From: Trichodelitschia bisporula
Taxonomy: Eukaryota
Direction: 5' to 3'
Assembly (NCBI GenBank): GCA_010356995.1
Contig: ML996701.1
Coordinates: forward strand, 124,001 to 188,000
DNA length: 64,000 nt
The notes beneath the pieces are model-generated. The model did no database searches. It was given only the letters and a program-made list of their open reading frames with translations, and was not told the origin of the DNA. Positions 27,342 to 40,344 of this stretch are shown here, in pieces. Position 1 is the first letter of the stretch. Each line of letters opens with the position of its first letter. A program made the translations under genes and the position numbers.

Positions 27342-27856
27342 CACCCTGCGAAGGGTGTCGAAGCGACCGTTCATCTTCCTGGTCCCACCCTTTTGCAGTC
27401 CGCCTCAGACAGCACCATTCTGGGAGTAGAAGCAATTCGAAATCCCTTTCTCATCCTGTCATCCCCCTTACTCAACAAACATCAGTAATGTTCACCCCAT
27501 GAGGTTGGCTTCACCATCGGAGTTCCGCAACGGTGCTTCAACATCCTAGCCTCGGGCATGGTAGAACTAAACCCTGACCTCAATTTGCTCACATCCTTCG
27601 ACGGAGCCAGGTCCGAAGTTTGCGATATCGTCAACATTATGGATACCAAGCCCGGTAGCATGTACCCAATGCTGGCGCAGGCCATGCAAGCTTGTTGCGA
27701 TCCTAAAGGTGACCATATACACTTTCCCGGCGGGGTTCGGGCGCAAAAATCGCCGCTGCTGCCTACCGCCGGACCCTTTTTGACAGAAGGACGAGCTTCG
27801 ATTGCGTCACCGGCCCAACAGTTCCCTTCCCCTGCTGCAAGACCACCGCGATTGCA

Positions 27857-28747
27857 GTGTATAGAGAAAGTCGCGACTTGGATTCTGAAGCCGACGTCGA
27901 AGCTGTCGCATTCCTGCTCAACGTGAGAAAAAGAAATTCCCATGGGGCCGAGGAAGGGGCAAAAAGGGACCCATCTCGGTGGAGAAGGCACGTTCCGGCT
28001 CAGTCACAACCGAATAGCTTGCGTCACTTCGCAATTCCTCTCTCCAACATCGATCTGCTAACAGTGTCCAGGCCAAGCCCGTTCCCAATCACCTACGACC
28101 CCCAACGGTGGATGCCGTTGCCATGGCCGCTTAGAGTTTTGCGGCGTATCGTTCGTCATCGAAGCCGATGAGCTCTCTCCCGAGGCAGACTCAAAGGCCT
28201 AAGAATAGAACCGGGTACGCTGATCTCTCCAAGCGGGGCCTTTGCGTCCCAAGCTCTCCCCGTGCGCAGAGCAAGCGATGCCTTTCTCCAGCACTCCCGC
28301 GAAGGACAACGATGATGATGCCAGGTACTTCGTACATGCGGATGCGCTACGTCAGTGGAAAACTGGCAGTGGCAACGACGGAGTGCCGTCAGGACTCCAG
28401 ATACGGTCCGCCGCCCGGTGTTCAGCGGTCACGCAGCGTGTCGAACAGGCGGAATAGTTATAGGCTTTTCCCCGGCCGTCCAGGATGATGGCGACGCTTG
28501 ACTCGGACTCTCGTCCGAGGTCCACGCGCATGGCATGAATCCCCTTCCCTCGTAGTCGTGTTCCCCACTGGTTTCGCGTTGGCGGTCTCGTCAGGGTCCC
28601 GATGACGATGTGAGTGATACCCATCCAACGTCGCGTTGACGGTTTCATCAACGTCCCGATGAAGATGTGAGTGCTCCCCGACCAGTGTTGCGGCGGCAGT
28701 CTCGTCAACATCCCGACGAAGATGTGAGTGACACAGTTCGCCGATAG
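27857..28747 (+). pseudogene. Possible decayed lineage-specific gene with a 57-bp x3 internal repeat
   Basis: Intron-like segment 27988-28071 (GCACGT...GCTAAC...CAG); repeat CCCGAyGAnGATGTGAGTG at 28598, 28655, 28712 reads as PD(D/E)DVS 19-aa units interrupted by TGA. The repeat is certain; gene status is inference. Confidence 0.35.
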
Positions 28748-29777
28748 GTGTAACCCATCACGAAGCACCGCTACCGCGCGCCCGACCATCCAACCGCCTC
28801 TCAGACCCCACGGGCACAGCATGGACATTAATCCTGGCAAACCCAGCCCGCCTCGCCGACTTCACTAGAGTGACCATCAACCCCTCTCCTTACATGCGGA
28901 CATCATCATCAGCATCAGCACCACATAGAGCGGTCCAAGACAAGCAGATTCATATCAATACATACACCCCATCCCCCTTCGCTGCAACCCTCCCCCACGC
29001 ACCGTCAATGAAAAAGGGGCTCAATGAACCAAGAAAACTCACAAACCAAACCAAACAATGCATCAAGATATCCGCGCCCCGCGCTTTGCCAAAACGTAGC
29101 ACAAAAAGAAGATCAAAACGACCGAATCCCAAGAAAATGTCCCAAAAGTGTGTTTCCCAAAAAAATCATAACCTATGCACGTTGCAACACGCGAATATAT
29201 CCCGCTCCGCTCCAATGCACCAGAAGACACCTCTTTCATCCCACGCACACACAGCCATGCTGCACAGCCTAAGAAGGAATCAAAAGAACGATGCTTGCAC
29301 TAGCGACTACAGCGCAATGAAGCAAGCGGGTACCCGCCTCCGCAAAACAATAGTGAGAGAAGCCGAATCTCTGAGTCTCCCGTCCACGCCCCATGGAAGT
29401 GATGAATGTTCGAAAAAGAAAAGCGCTCCATGAACCCAGCCCATGCACCTTCGCTCGTATTTGAACCGATTGAACCCGATTCCAGATCCACTCCCAGCCC
29501 GTACAGATTCCAGCCCAGTTCATGTCGCAAACCCCGAACCATACCCGAACCCCGAGGCTTCGAATGCCGCAACAAAAGACCCGCGCCGAAAAACCCCCAG
29601 CCCACGCACCCGCGATGCCGAAACGACAGATGACCCTTGATCCATGCCCATTCCGTGCGTTGCGTCCGCGAGCAAAGTGCAAACGAAGATAACAAGTAAA
29701 AAGAAACACAATCCTTCGAAAACTCCACCCATATTACCTGCGCGCCGATGTAACATGACCCTCCCAAATGCAAGCAA

Positions 29778-31685
29778 CTAACGCCCCATGTATCCCGAAT
29801 ACTCACCTCCCATGCCAGGGAACATGCTCGAACCGCTACCGATCCCGTTGCTCCGCCCGTTCTGGCCGCTGCCGTTCATGCCGTTCATGCCGTTCATGCC
29901 GTTCATGCCGCTCATGCCGTTGCCGTTCATGCCACTGCCGTTCAAGTTGCCATTCATGCCATAGGCGGTTCCGTTGCCGTTGCCGTTGCTGAAGGCACCT
30001 GCGCCATAATTCCCGTACCCACCAACCGAGTGCACCGGGCCACCGTTCAGCGACGCGGAAGGCGCCAGACCAGGCGGGAGCGCAAGGCCGGGCGGCGGAC
30101 CAGTGACGCTCGAAAAGCCCGGTGGCGCGCCGAGGCCGCCAAGTCCAGCTCCGAGACCGGCGTGGTGGAGGGGCTGCATGCTAGCAGCAGAGTTCTGGCC
30201 AGAGCGCACACCGAGCGGGTTCTTGCTGAAAGACAGACGGATACCGCCCTTGACGGAGTTGTGCAGCATCTGCCCGTAGAGATCATGAAGCGCCTTAGTA
30301 GCGAAGCTCGTGTCCTCGAACTCGACAAAGCACATGGGTCCGTTCTGCTTCGTCCGGAAGCACAGGCGCTTGTACCCGCGCTGCTTGCTGAATATCGTCT
30401 TGAGTTCGTCCTCAGATGTGTCGACGGGCAGGTTGCCGACGTACAGCGTGTTGCACGGTGGGTTCTGGTCCGCTGGGTTGACGGGCGGGTAGTTGTGCCG
30501 CGAAAAGTGGCCGAGTGGGAAGCCAGCGCTCGGGCCGAGAGGCATGGCTGGCGGTACCGGGGCCCGCGGCGCGGCGAACGTAGAATGCGGCGACGTCATA
30601 CCGTTGCCGGAGGGCGATTGGAGCGACAGGGACTGAAACATGGAGACGGGAGGGGCCTGGGCAGCGGCGGCAGCAACAGCAGCAGCCGTAGTAGCGCGAC
30701 GCGTGGCCTCGCCGTTTCTCGCGAACGCGACGGGATCATTGAGGAGCTGGCCCGTCTCGTCGCCAGGATCGTCGTTGATAATGGACTTGCTAGAGACAGC
30801 CGAGTTGGCCAATGGCGACTGGGGCGAGAACAACGATTGGATCTGGGGGTTGGACTCAGGCGCGGGGAAGGTGTCGCCAAGGCCGGCGGGGGGGGACAAG
30901 CGCTCCAGGGACTGGAAGGTGTTGTTGAAGCGCGAGGCCTGGCGACCGTTGATCTGCACGCCGTGGCTGGTGTGGCCAGTGTGGCCAGTGTGGCCGGAGT
31001 GGCCGTTGACCTGGGCCTGAGGCACCGAGGGATGGCGCAGCGCAGGGCCATCGACCGTGTTGCGCCGCACCGAGGTCGAGCTACTACCGTTGCTGCCTCC
31101 GCCCACCGTGCCCGGCGGATATAATTCGACGAGCAGCTTCGCGTCGCTGGAGATGGCCTTGCCGTTCAGCTTATCGCGAGCCTCGTACGCGCCGGGCAGG
31201 GAGGCAAAGCGCGCGATGGCGGACGCGCAGCCGGCGTCATCGGGGTACTCGGCGGGGACAAACGAGACGTCGACGAGGTCCTTGGCGAAGAGAAGCATGG
31301 TGCGCAAGACATCGAGGGTTGTTTTCTGCGGGAGTTTGCGGATGAGGATGGCGGGGCGCGCGTCCAGATCGGATTGCTGTTGCTGTTGCTGTTGCGCGAC
31401 GCTGGCGTCCTTCTTGGCCAAGGAGAGAAGCGAGGATTGTTCGAGTGGTTTGCGCTCGCCGATGGGAGCGAGGTTGAAAGCATGCGACGGCATGGCGTCA
31501 GACATGACGTTTTGCTGCGCCTTTAGCTGCGACTTTTGCTGCTCCTTCTGCTGCTGTTGCAGCTGCTGCGACGAGGATAACGGAGGCGGCGACGCGGCGG
31601 TGGAACCGAACGAAGTGGGGGTGAAGGGCGACTTTGCGGCTCCGGATGACGACGTTGCGCTTGACGGAGATGGCCCGGTGGCCAT
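29778..31685 (-). CDS. WHI3: Whi3/Whi4/Scw1-like RNA-binding protein
   Basis: First ATG 31685; polyQ tracts; degenerate N-terminal RRM; signature C-terminal [21 protein letters not shown]...GYKRLCFR...[10 protein letters not shown]...[19 protein letters not shown]-rich tail. Confidence 0.92.
   Translation of the reverse strand: MATGPSPSSATSSSGAAKSPFTPTSFGSTAASPPPLSSSQQLQQQQKEQQKSQLKAQQNVMSDAMPSHAFNLAPIGERKPLEQSSLLSLAKKDASVAQQQQQQQSDLDARPAILIRKLPQKTTLDVLRTMLLFAKDLVDVSFVPAEYPDDAGCASAIARFASLPGAYEARDKLNGKAISSDAKLLVELYPPGTVGGGSNGSSSTSVRRNTVDGPALRHPSVPQAQVNGHSGHTGHTGHTSHGVQINGRQASRFNNTFQSLERLSPPAGLGDTFPAPESNPQIQSLFSPQSPLANSAVSSKSIINDDPGDETGQLLNDPVAFARNGEATRRATTAAAVAAAAAQAPPVSMFQSLSLQSPSGNGMTSPHSTFAAPRAPVPPAMPLGPSAGFPLGHFSRHNYPPVNPADQNPPCNTLYVGNLPVDTSEDELKTIFSKQRGYKRLCFRTKQNGPMCFVEFEDTSFATKALHDLYGQMLHNSVKGGIRLSFSKNPLGVRSGQNSAASMQPLHHAGLGAGLGGLGAPPGFSSVTGPPPGLALPPGLAPSASLNGGPVHSVGGYGNYGAGAFSNGNGNGTAYGMNGNLNGSGMNGNGMSGMNGMNGMNGMNGSGQNGRSNGIGSGSSMFPGMGGEYSGYMGR
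29868..29990 (-). repeat. Coding 9-bp tandem repeat encoding (GMN)n and GNGNG
   Basis: Plus strand (GCCGTTCAT)n with variants. Confidence 0.9.
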
Positions 31686-32109
31686 GACGGGGTTCTTTGT
31701 TGCCCCACGAGGTGCGTAGGCGTTTGATGCGCACGGCGAACAAAGCAAAGCGCGATGCGGCGGGATGCGACCGGTGCTGCGATGCGATGCGATGCGATGC
31801 GCGACAGATTTATTTTGGCAGTGACGAAGGAGGCGGCGCGACTTCGTCAGATAATTCGCGAACAAAGTGCACAGTGAGTATGCAGATGCTTAGAAAACTT
31901 ATGCGACGCGGATTGGGACGAGAAAAATCGTGGATAAGCGTCTAATGGTGGGGGAAGACGACGGAGAAAAAAGTCGAACCAAAGACCGGTTTTTGGGGGG
32001 GATGAATGGAGCGGTAGAGTTGAGAAAGAATAGAGAGAGAGAGAAAGAGAGCGAGGGAGATGTTTGGGGTGGTGGAGGGCAGAAAACGGAGTTTCGAAAT
32101 GCGACGTCT

Positions 32110-32249
32110 NNNNNNNNNNNNNNNNNNNNNNNNNNNNNNNNNNNNNNNNNNNNNNNNNNNNNNNNNNNNNNNNNNNNNNNNNNNNNNNNNNNNNNNNNNN
32201 NNNNNNNNNNNNNNNNNNNNNNNNNNNNNNNNNNNNNNNNNNNNNNNNN
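32110..32249. other. Assembly gap (140 N)
   Basis: Run of N. Confidence 1.
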
Positions 32250-35200
32250 GGGGGGAAAGTGAGGTGGATGAGTTGAAAAAGAGGGTGGTTATGGATCGTG
32301 ATGGAGCTCCTCAGTAGGGATTTGTTCGTTGGTGGGTAGGGGGGATTGTGTGCGGAAGGGATGGTGGGTAAGTGAGGGGGAAAAGTAGACAAGGGTATGT
32401 TGGGAGAAGAGAGTATTGAGTGTGAGTTGGAGACCGAGAGGGTGTGGGAGAGAGACGGTTGTACGCTATACTCTGCTACACCTGGCGTTGGTAGAGGGTG
32501 ATGATAGACAGCGTAGCTGGCAATAAGATGTTCCCAAATGGAGGGTGAAGAGAGGCCCAGGAACACTACTGGGATGGCGCGATGCTGAGATAGTCTGTTG
32601 GCAGGGTAGGATGGAGAGCAGCAGCAGTGAAGGCGTGAGAGATGCAACGCAGGACAAGGATGAGGTCTTGTAGGCGACGCTGCAGGCCGACGGAGGGCTA
32701 GTCGAGTCCCTAATCAGTTGCAACGGCTCTGCAAGAGCGAAGTAGAGTAGAGATGGTGGGTGAGGTTGTGGTGGTGGATGCGGAGCTGCTGGTGGAGATG
32801 CTGGAAGACAGGTGGTGGTGATGAATGCACTGTTGTCCCTCGTCGCTGCGAAGAAAGCGAGTTGTAAAGGGTTGCGAAGGAGTGAAAGTCAAGAAGGCAA
32901 AGTGCCGAATACCACGATCTGTTCCGTACTCTCTAGGGCGAAATGACTGTTCGTCGTTGTCGGTACGGGCATTTGCCCATCAACTGCGTATGTAGTCATG
33001 GCGTAGAAACTGCACCCCATTCTTCTCGTCTCCTTCTATTGGAAGGGGATTATGGCAGAGATGGGCGTGGTCTCCTGTGGGCTTGGGTTGCGATAAGACT
33101 CGGCATCATCCGCAGCCCATGGCAAAAAAGAGGACGACTACGTACATTAGCGAGGCCGGAACCACGCACTCGCCAGGGCGCCCTAACTACGGAGGTAGAG
33201 CACTCGCTATTCATGCTGCTGTACCACCATCACGGCCTGCAGAAAGGTGTGAAGAGAGGCCGCAGTCGTTTCCAATTCCTGCAGTACGTCAGTACCGTAC
33301 ATGAGCCTCATCCACCGTTCCCTCCGTCGTCTTGCTCTTCCTTTCACCCACCATCCACCATCCAATATGTATCCATCATCTCTGATCAATCATCTTCCAT
33401 CTTTCATTCGTCCTCCATAATCCGTTCAATATCAATCATCCACTCAATATCCCTCCATCTTTCCCCCCCCAGTCCCAGTCCAAAGGACCATCCAACCATC
33501 CTAACCAACCCCATAAATGCCCTCGCAACCTTCTTTCTCACCGGCTGGCCTTGCGTCCCGCGCCATCGTATTGGCCCGACCAAGTTCTGCCGTGGAAAGC
33601 AGAAAATGACGACAAAGCAGCCAGCGCACTCCCGCTGGATCGCATATCAATGGCGCAGCCCATACTCCTTCCCGTTCCTATAAGCCTACTTTTTGTCCGA
33701 AGGAGACGCGTGTGGGGGATGCCACAAAGTGGTTGACGTTGCCCATTATCCTGTGCCAGGTTGCCGCCCCCCCCCCGCTCCCGCTCCCCCCCATCCTGCC
33801 CCACCAATTTTTATCCCTCGACCCACCCCCGCCATGTTGGAAATACCGTACACACTCTTTGCTCCAGCAGCCAACACCGCTCCACATGTTTCTCACTTCT
33901 TCACATGCTCAATCCATACAGAACCGCACACACCTCGCTTTCCCCCTCAACAACGCATGACAAAGAGAGACGGCGGTACAGATCACTCCATATCCAACCC
34001 AATCAGCCGCCCCTCCTCCCCCAGCTCCGCACCCCACCCCCGCCAAAACCCTCGTAACCTTCCTACCCCACACCCCTCACCTCACCCGCCAGACAACCGA
34101 AACTAATGCCGTCAATCCCGCCGACGCACACGCCCACTAGAAGCAGGTACCAGCACCTACCCGCCAGCCTTATCGTACTCCGTAGCCCTATCCTTATAAA
34201 CCTCCTTCATCATCCTCCATCCTCCCTCTTCCTGCAGCTCCATCGAAGCTCCCGCGGCTTCCTAATCCGCTTCCCGAGTCCATTGCGTCTCCTCCCTCCC
34301 GTCCTCAGCCATCATCTTCTCCATATGCTCACGCGCCCCTCGCCCTACGTGTGTGATCGGTCTAGTTCGCCGCCGTGACGACCTCCCGCCATTCCAGGCC
34401 ACTGATTCGCCCATCCCGAATCGTCGTCACACTTCCTCACCGCGACATCGGCTCAGTTCGCCGCGCTCGCCACCCCCGGTGCTGACGGCTCACTGAGTGC
34501 AAGACAACTGCTCGGCCAGCGATTATATCCAGCATTGCTGAGAACATGCTCTTCAACCCTCAACATACGCAAAAAAGGCCACCAGGCCACCCGCCGAAGT
34601 TCCCGAAATTCAGCCAATCGTTCCTTCCTCCCCACCCCCACTAGCTCGCGCTAACCAATCTCAACTCAAGCGCGCCAAGTCCTTCCTAAGGAGCACTCAC
34701 CAGAAAACCTAACCACCCACCCTTGGCACGTTGAATTTCGCAGCAAAAGCCCAAAGAGTTCAAAACTCGGCGCTGATTGTCCACTCACAGTCTGCGCCCT
34801 CCGCGCCTAACCTACCCGTCTCCACGTCCCCCGGCCAGCGGCCGCGCACTGGGATACCGCAGTACGAGGCGCGTAAAATGTCACTTTGAGATTACGAAGT
34901 TCGCCGTGCGTTCGTCTTCGTGCACGGAATTGCGAAGAAAAAGTCGCCGTTGTGCTCTCTCGCTGCGCGCCGCGCCCCTGGCCCTGTGCGGCACTGGGGT
35001 GCTGGTGGCCCATTCGCGTTCCGGCGCGGGGCTGGGTTCTGGCCTGGTCGGCCTGGGCGCGGTACGGTAGGGCCGGGGTGGGGATAGGGCGGCCGCGGCG
35101 GCCGCACTGCTGGCCGGGGTGTGATTTGTGCGCTGGCGGCCCGGTGGGCTGGGTGACGGGGGGGGGTGTTTGGGGGGAGGTGATTTGCGAGCTTGCGAGG

Positions 35201-38200
35201 AACCGTACCGTACTCGAAGGGAGTTTTGTCGCGAATGGTGGAGGGTGGTATCTTGCGCTTGTCGCGAGGAAAGGCCGAGGGCGAGGCTATGGCTTTTCTT
35301 CTCAGCCGCGCCCGCGCGGAGGATGGGAGGCGCCGCGGTTCGGTTCACCGCGCGCGCCTTGCGGCTTGGCGCCCCCTCCACACCCCGGGCGGGCGGCCGA
35401 GCCGACGGCTCCCGCTCCGCACCGCGGCGCTAGCGGTGACCGTGAGCTCCACCCCCGCAGCCTTGTGGGATGGTCTCTAAGGTCGATGGCTGAGGTCAAG
35501 GCTGTAAGGCGTGATCTGCGATGAACGCAGGCTGGTACGGATGTGGCGCTGAAAGCGTAGACGACGCAAGCTGATATCACGGCTAGACTTGGCTGGGCGG
35601 AGGCCGCGGGCGGGAACCCGGGCGATGGAAGGAGGCTTGCGTTTGAGAGTTCACGCGGCTGCGTTTTTGCGGTGGGTGAGGTGGGGGTAGGCGGAGAGGG
35701 AGAGTGGGGGTGGAGTGCGGGAGTTTCTTCTTGCGAGGAGTATAGTTGCGTGGTAAGGCTGGGAGCCGTGCCATCTGGTTTTATGCTCTATGCATCTCGT
35801 ATTGCGCGGTGCCGCTGGTAGCCGCGCTATGTACGAGTGAGTACTTTCCCTCATGTTGCGCGACGCCTTCCTCACCCGCCCGGTGCGGGAGCGGGGCGGA
35901 GCGGAACACGCGGGGGCGGGGAGGCCCTTCGACTTACCAGATTGGATGAAGACGACGCAGCGTCGCGATGCTGTACCGCATACGTCTTTGCCTATCCATA
36001 ACGCGAAGTATAACAAGCGCGATACTCCAGCCCAAGTACTGTAGCTTCGGCGCAAGTACAATAGCGGCGGCCCTAGCAGGCGGCCTAAGCGGCCCTCCCT
36101 CGACGCCAAACCGCCTCGACGCCAAACCGGTGAACGAATCACGGCACCCGGAGCACGCACCCCTTTGGTGACGCTTCAAGGCGGAGGTGGAGTGGAAGTA
36201 TTTGTTTTTAGCGGGGATGCTGGAGAGGGGGAGTGGGAGGCCGCTGATGCGCGCGGCTCGGAGCGGGGGTATGTTCTTCCTTTGTACCACGGACAGGTAC
36301 ATCGTGTCGTACTTGGTCTGAGGGAAGAGCCGCGCCGTAGGATGGGGATGCTTGCTGGTTGGGGATGACCTGCGTGCAGCGCTGGGATGGGTGGTGGTGT
36401 GATATGGCTGCGGTGCTGGGTTGGCTGGGAGTTTGGTAAAGGTGGAGGTGACGAAGTAGGTACCGATGTACATGCGATGTACATCCAGGTTGATGCTCTT
36501 ATATGACCCTTCTATTCGACAGGAACAGAAGATTCACAAGATGGTCGACTCTGTTGTAGCATCACACGATCCACTAACCGCATACCATCCGATAGAAGAA
36601 AAAGAAGCACCGATCTGCAGTGGCCATATAAAACCACGCCGCACCTTCTCTCGCAAACAGCACAACTAGCAGCGCCGACCGGCTCCAGCTCATAACCCTC
36701 GAACCTCAAAATCTTCTCCATCCCCCTCACCAACAGGCCCATTCCCTCTCCAAAGCAATCTCCAACCAACAAAACCCACCAAACACTCGATCCTGCATGC
36801 CATTGTCCGGATTCCGCCGCCGATCCTGCCCAAACGGCCCACCTTTCCTCCCCGGCCCCAAGGCGTCTCCCACACCAATGTTGACTGTCGACCAGGGTGT
36901 GCGCCTGCAGCAATCAGAAGCTGCTTCGCCTGCGGCCGTTAGGCCGGCGGACGCGGGCCATGAGAGGTTACCGTCGACTTAGACGAAATTCCCAGATATT
37001 GGAGCACGACCGAGCCTTGGGTTGTGCCCGTTCGCACCAGGGAGAGATTATTACGCTGAAAGCATATGGTAGGCGATAAGCCGCGCTTCCGCCGGCCACC
37101 CCAGCTGCGATCACGGTCCTGCACTCTAACACCCCTCAGCCATCGGTCCTTGCCAGCTGGCTACCCTGTTCACACAAGAGACACCGCAGCACCAAAAGCG
37201 CATCCCTCGCGAACACACCACCGCGCCTCTCCCACCCCTTCCCTCTGCCAGCCCCCCAGTCCCTCCCAGGAACCCACCACTCACCAACGCCCTCTTACCA
37301 ACCTCATCCCTCCCCTGTTCCCCCCAACACCGGCGCAAATCCACCTCACCGGGCTCCCGCACGTCAAATTCGCCAAAACCTTCAGGCCGATCCGCAAGCA
37401 ACCCCCCCTCTTCCGCATCGCTTCGCTTTCAACCCGCAGCGCATCAGTGTCGCCCACCGTATTCCAGCATCCCGACTCCCCTCGTCAAAGTAGCAAGCAC
37501 CGTCCCTCCCTAGTCCGACCGCAGACCGCACATATCAACCCCGCCCGTCCCCATCTGCCCGCCGCCGCATCCGGCGCTGGCCCAAGTGCTTGTGCGACCA
37601 CACCGATCCACCCCCCCGCTCCCGTCATCAAGGCCACCCACCCCGCCCCGCCCAACGTCCTCGGCTCACCCAGCTCCGCACGCAACGCACCCGTCGTTGC
37701 GCGTGCTCCGGCTCATCAGCCCTCGCTCCGCCCTCGGTCTTTCCATCCAACGGCCCGGATGCCACCGCACGGCTTATCGGCCCGTAGCGCCAGACCGGTC
37801 ACCCCGCCCCTCTCAGGCCGCGCGCCGATCCTCCCGCATCGGGCTCGGGGACCGGTGGGGGATCGCGGACGGGGGAAGGAGCGGGAGCGGTTGGACGGGA
37901 AGAAGCGGGCGAACGAGGGGTAGCGAGGCCGCCTAGGTGCGGGGTGCGCTGACGTGTGCTGCTCGTGATGCGCTTGTGTTACCGTGGCGTTAAGGGGAGC
38001 GAGCCGAGGCGAGGGGAGGTTACACGACGGTTAAGCAGCGCTGCGGGGCGCTGTATTGAGCGGGTCGGGGTCCGGAGGGTGGGCGGGGGGCGCGGGAGCG
38101 GGGAGATGCCGAGAAGCTGATCGGCGGGCTGCGGGTGAGGCGGATTGGAACGGCGCGGCGGGCCCGATTCTGCGGGCCGAGGATTGGCGTTGTGCGTCGC

Positions 38201-38921
38201 TAGCGTTTGGGCATTGACTATACTTGTGTCTTGATCTTACATGCATAGGGACCTGGCATGGACTAGACGCGCCGTACTGCTGATACGCCCGCCTTGAAAT
38301 ATTTGGGAACGACATATTACCCGGCGCACGCACCCGGAGGTACTCCGCATCGATCAGGGCCTGAACGTCCCAGCTGCGGCGACGGCATGATAGCCTAATT
38401 GCGAGCATCGACTAGTTCTAATCGATGACTTCTCGGAAAAGCTCCCTTGAAGTGGAGACGCCGATGAAGCAGCGGAGGATTCGAATGGCCTGGTAGGCTT
38501 ACTCTCAGGCTAAAGGTGCCAAAGGGCTTTAACCTCAATGAATATGAGCTGGCTGCTCAAACCCATGCAGCGGACGCCCGAACCCGGACGGCAGTAAGGC
38601 TATGGCATTCAGCAGTTATTGACATTCTCGCCTTTCGGTGTCCAGCAACATCAAGGAGTTACCCGCAACCGCTTAAGGTGGTGGCAAGCCGCATCGCAGG
38701 GTTCTCTCCGCGCTCCTATCAGTCTGCACTCCGTTATGAGGCGACTAGGCAAGATAGGCAAGCAGAGAAGCTCGTTTGCCGGAACGTATTGCTTTCAGTT
38801 TCAACGCTAAATTCAGTCTAAGGGTCATCACGGCACGTTTACAAAAGAAGGAGTGCCAGGTTTAAAGTCAAACAAAGTCAAAAAACCAAAGGTGAGTGGC
38901 GGTGCGATTCATATCTTGACC

Positions 38922-39380
38922 CTAGATACAATGCTTGTCCTGTATCCTCTCAGAGTTCCTTCCAGTCTTTGCCCTCTGTCGCATTTCCCGGTAGGTATGT
39001 TACGCATGCAGCACCTGGAGTATATGGAACTGTTGCGACGGTGTGGCGCACTTCATCATTCACTCTCGGAGCGTCTCTGAGACGGTAGAGTCGATGAACG
39101 TTGTGATTTGGTAGCCGATCCTGTTTTGCTGAACAGTCCAGGTATGGTTTGATTTCCAGATCTCAATGTTGACGACCGCAGTCCTCGCAGACGGAGGAGG
39201 CTCCAGCTCGCGCTTTGATACAGGCCATGGCTCAACGAAATTGACCGCGAGAGGGCCCGGAGACATATCGATCAGACGACGTCCGCCGAGGCTATCGACG
39301 AAGCGTACAAGTTGCAGATGCCACGCCGCCCATTCCCTCGGCCCCTTGAGGATAACCGGGTCGCTGACTATTGGCTCCAT
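38922..39380 (-). mobile_element. Degenerate copia-type gag-like relic
   Basis: MEPIVSDPVILKGPREWAAWHLQL resembles the ILxGxxxWxxW start of fungal Ty1/copia Gag; the frame continues through stops (STVSETLRE*MMKCATPSQQFHILQVLHA*HTYREMRQRAK). No LTR or pol seen. Confidence 0.5.
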
Positions 39381-40344
39381 GATGCTGAAAAGTAGAAGGT
39401 GTTTGAATGTTTCGTGTAATGTATGGGAGCGTCTTCACACGTGTATTGCAATTGTGCAAAGTGAAGTGTAGATGAAAGACAATGGAAGAAGAGAGTCAAG
39501 CGGCTCTGAGAACTAAATATATGATGTAGTAAACAGCCTCCATGGCTCCTTCCTCCCTTAGGCGACAACGTCACCGCCATTACCCTTGGTCCTTTCCCAA
39601 GAGTAGAATGCTCTTTTTACCGTTGAATATGTTGCTGCAAGCATGCTTACCTTAATGCCTTATCCCCTTCGTGCCCACATCATCGTGGTTGTGCTGCTGA
39701 TTGCTAAGGATTCCGATGATCGCACTGCTTTTCGATAGACCGCGGGCTACTTCACCAACTGTGATTGAAAAAAGTCGAAAATGGTTGAATTGGCGGTTTG
39801 GCGGGTTCACCGCCCAGGCTCATAGCTATCAGCATCTTCTGCTACGTGATCCACCACTGCTGGTAGAGGCTAATATGTGTTCTTTCCAGGAATACCTATG
39901 CTCTTTCCTTAGCTCACATGACGGTCTTCCGGACCGGTACTGTTCCCCGAGCAGCGGAGGTGGCCATAGTATCATGCCTTCTGTGTCGACAGAGCTGTCG
40001 GCTTCCTTGCCGGACGCCGCTTCAACGATAGGGGAGGTTGAGGTGCGCTTTAGAGCGTGTGTGGCGATGATGTAGCTTATGCGGGGTATCTAGTTCTATT
40101 TCCATCGCGAGCCCGCACTGACGAAGTCCGTGCGTACATGCACGTCATCCGTGACAGATCCTTGGACGTCCATCCGTCTCAATCCGCAGCTCTACCACAC
40201 ACTATACCAACCGGTGGTCTGACACTGGCAAATACGCCGTTGAGGAATCATGCCCTCTCCCTCTATATTCAAAGGGTCTCCCGCTTTGCGTTGCGTTTGA
40301 GCTTCCGCCATCCGAGACATCATCATCTTCCCGCCACATCCACC

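Noticed and set aside
30030..31124. 364-aa plus-strand ORF
   Set aside because: Antisense shadow of the GC-rich WHI3 CDS.
37066..37923. 285-aa Pro/Arg-rich ORF
   Set aside because: Explained by C-rich, stop-poor composition; no motifs or codon bias.
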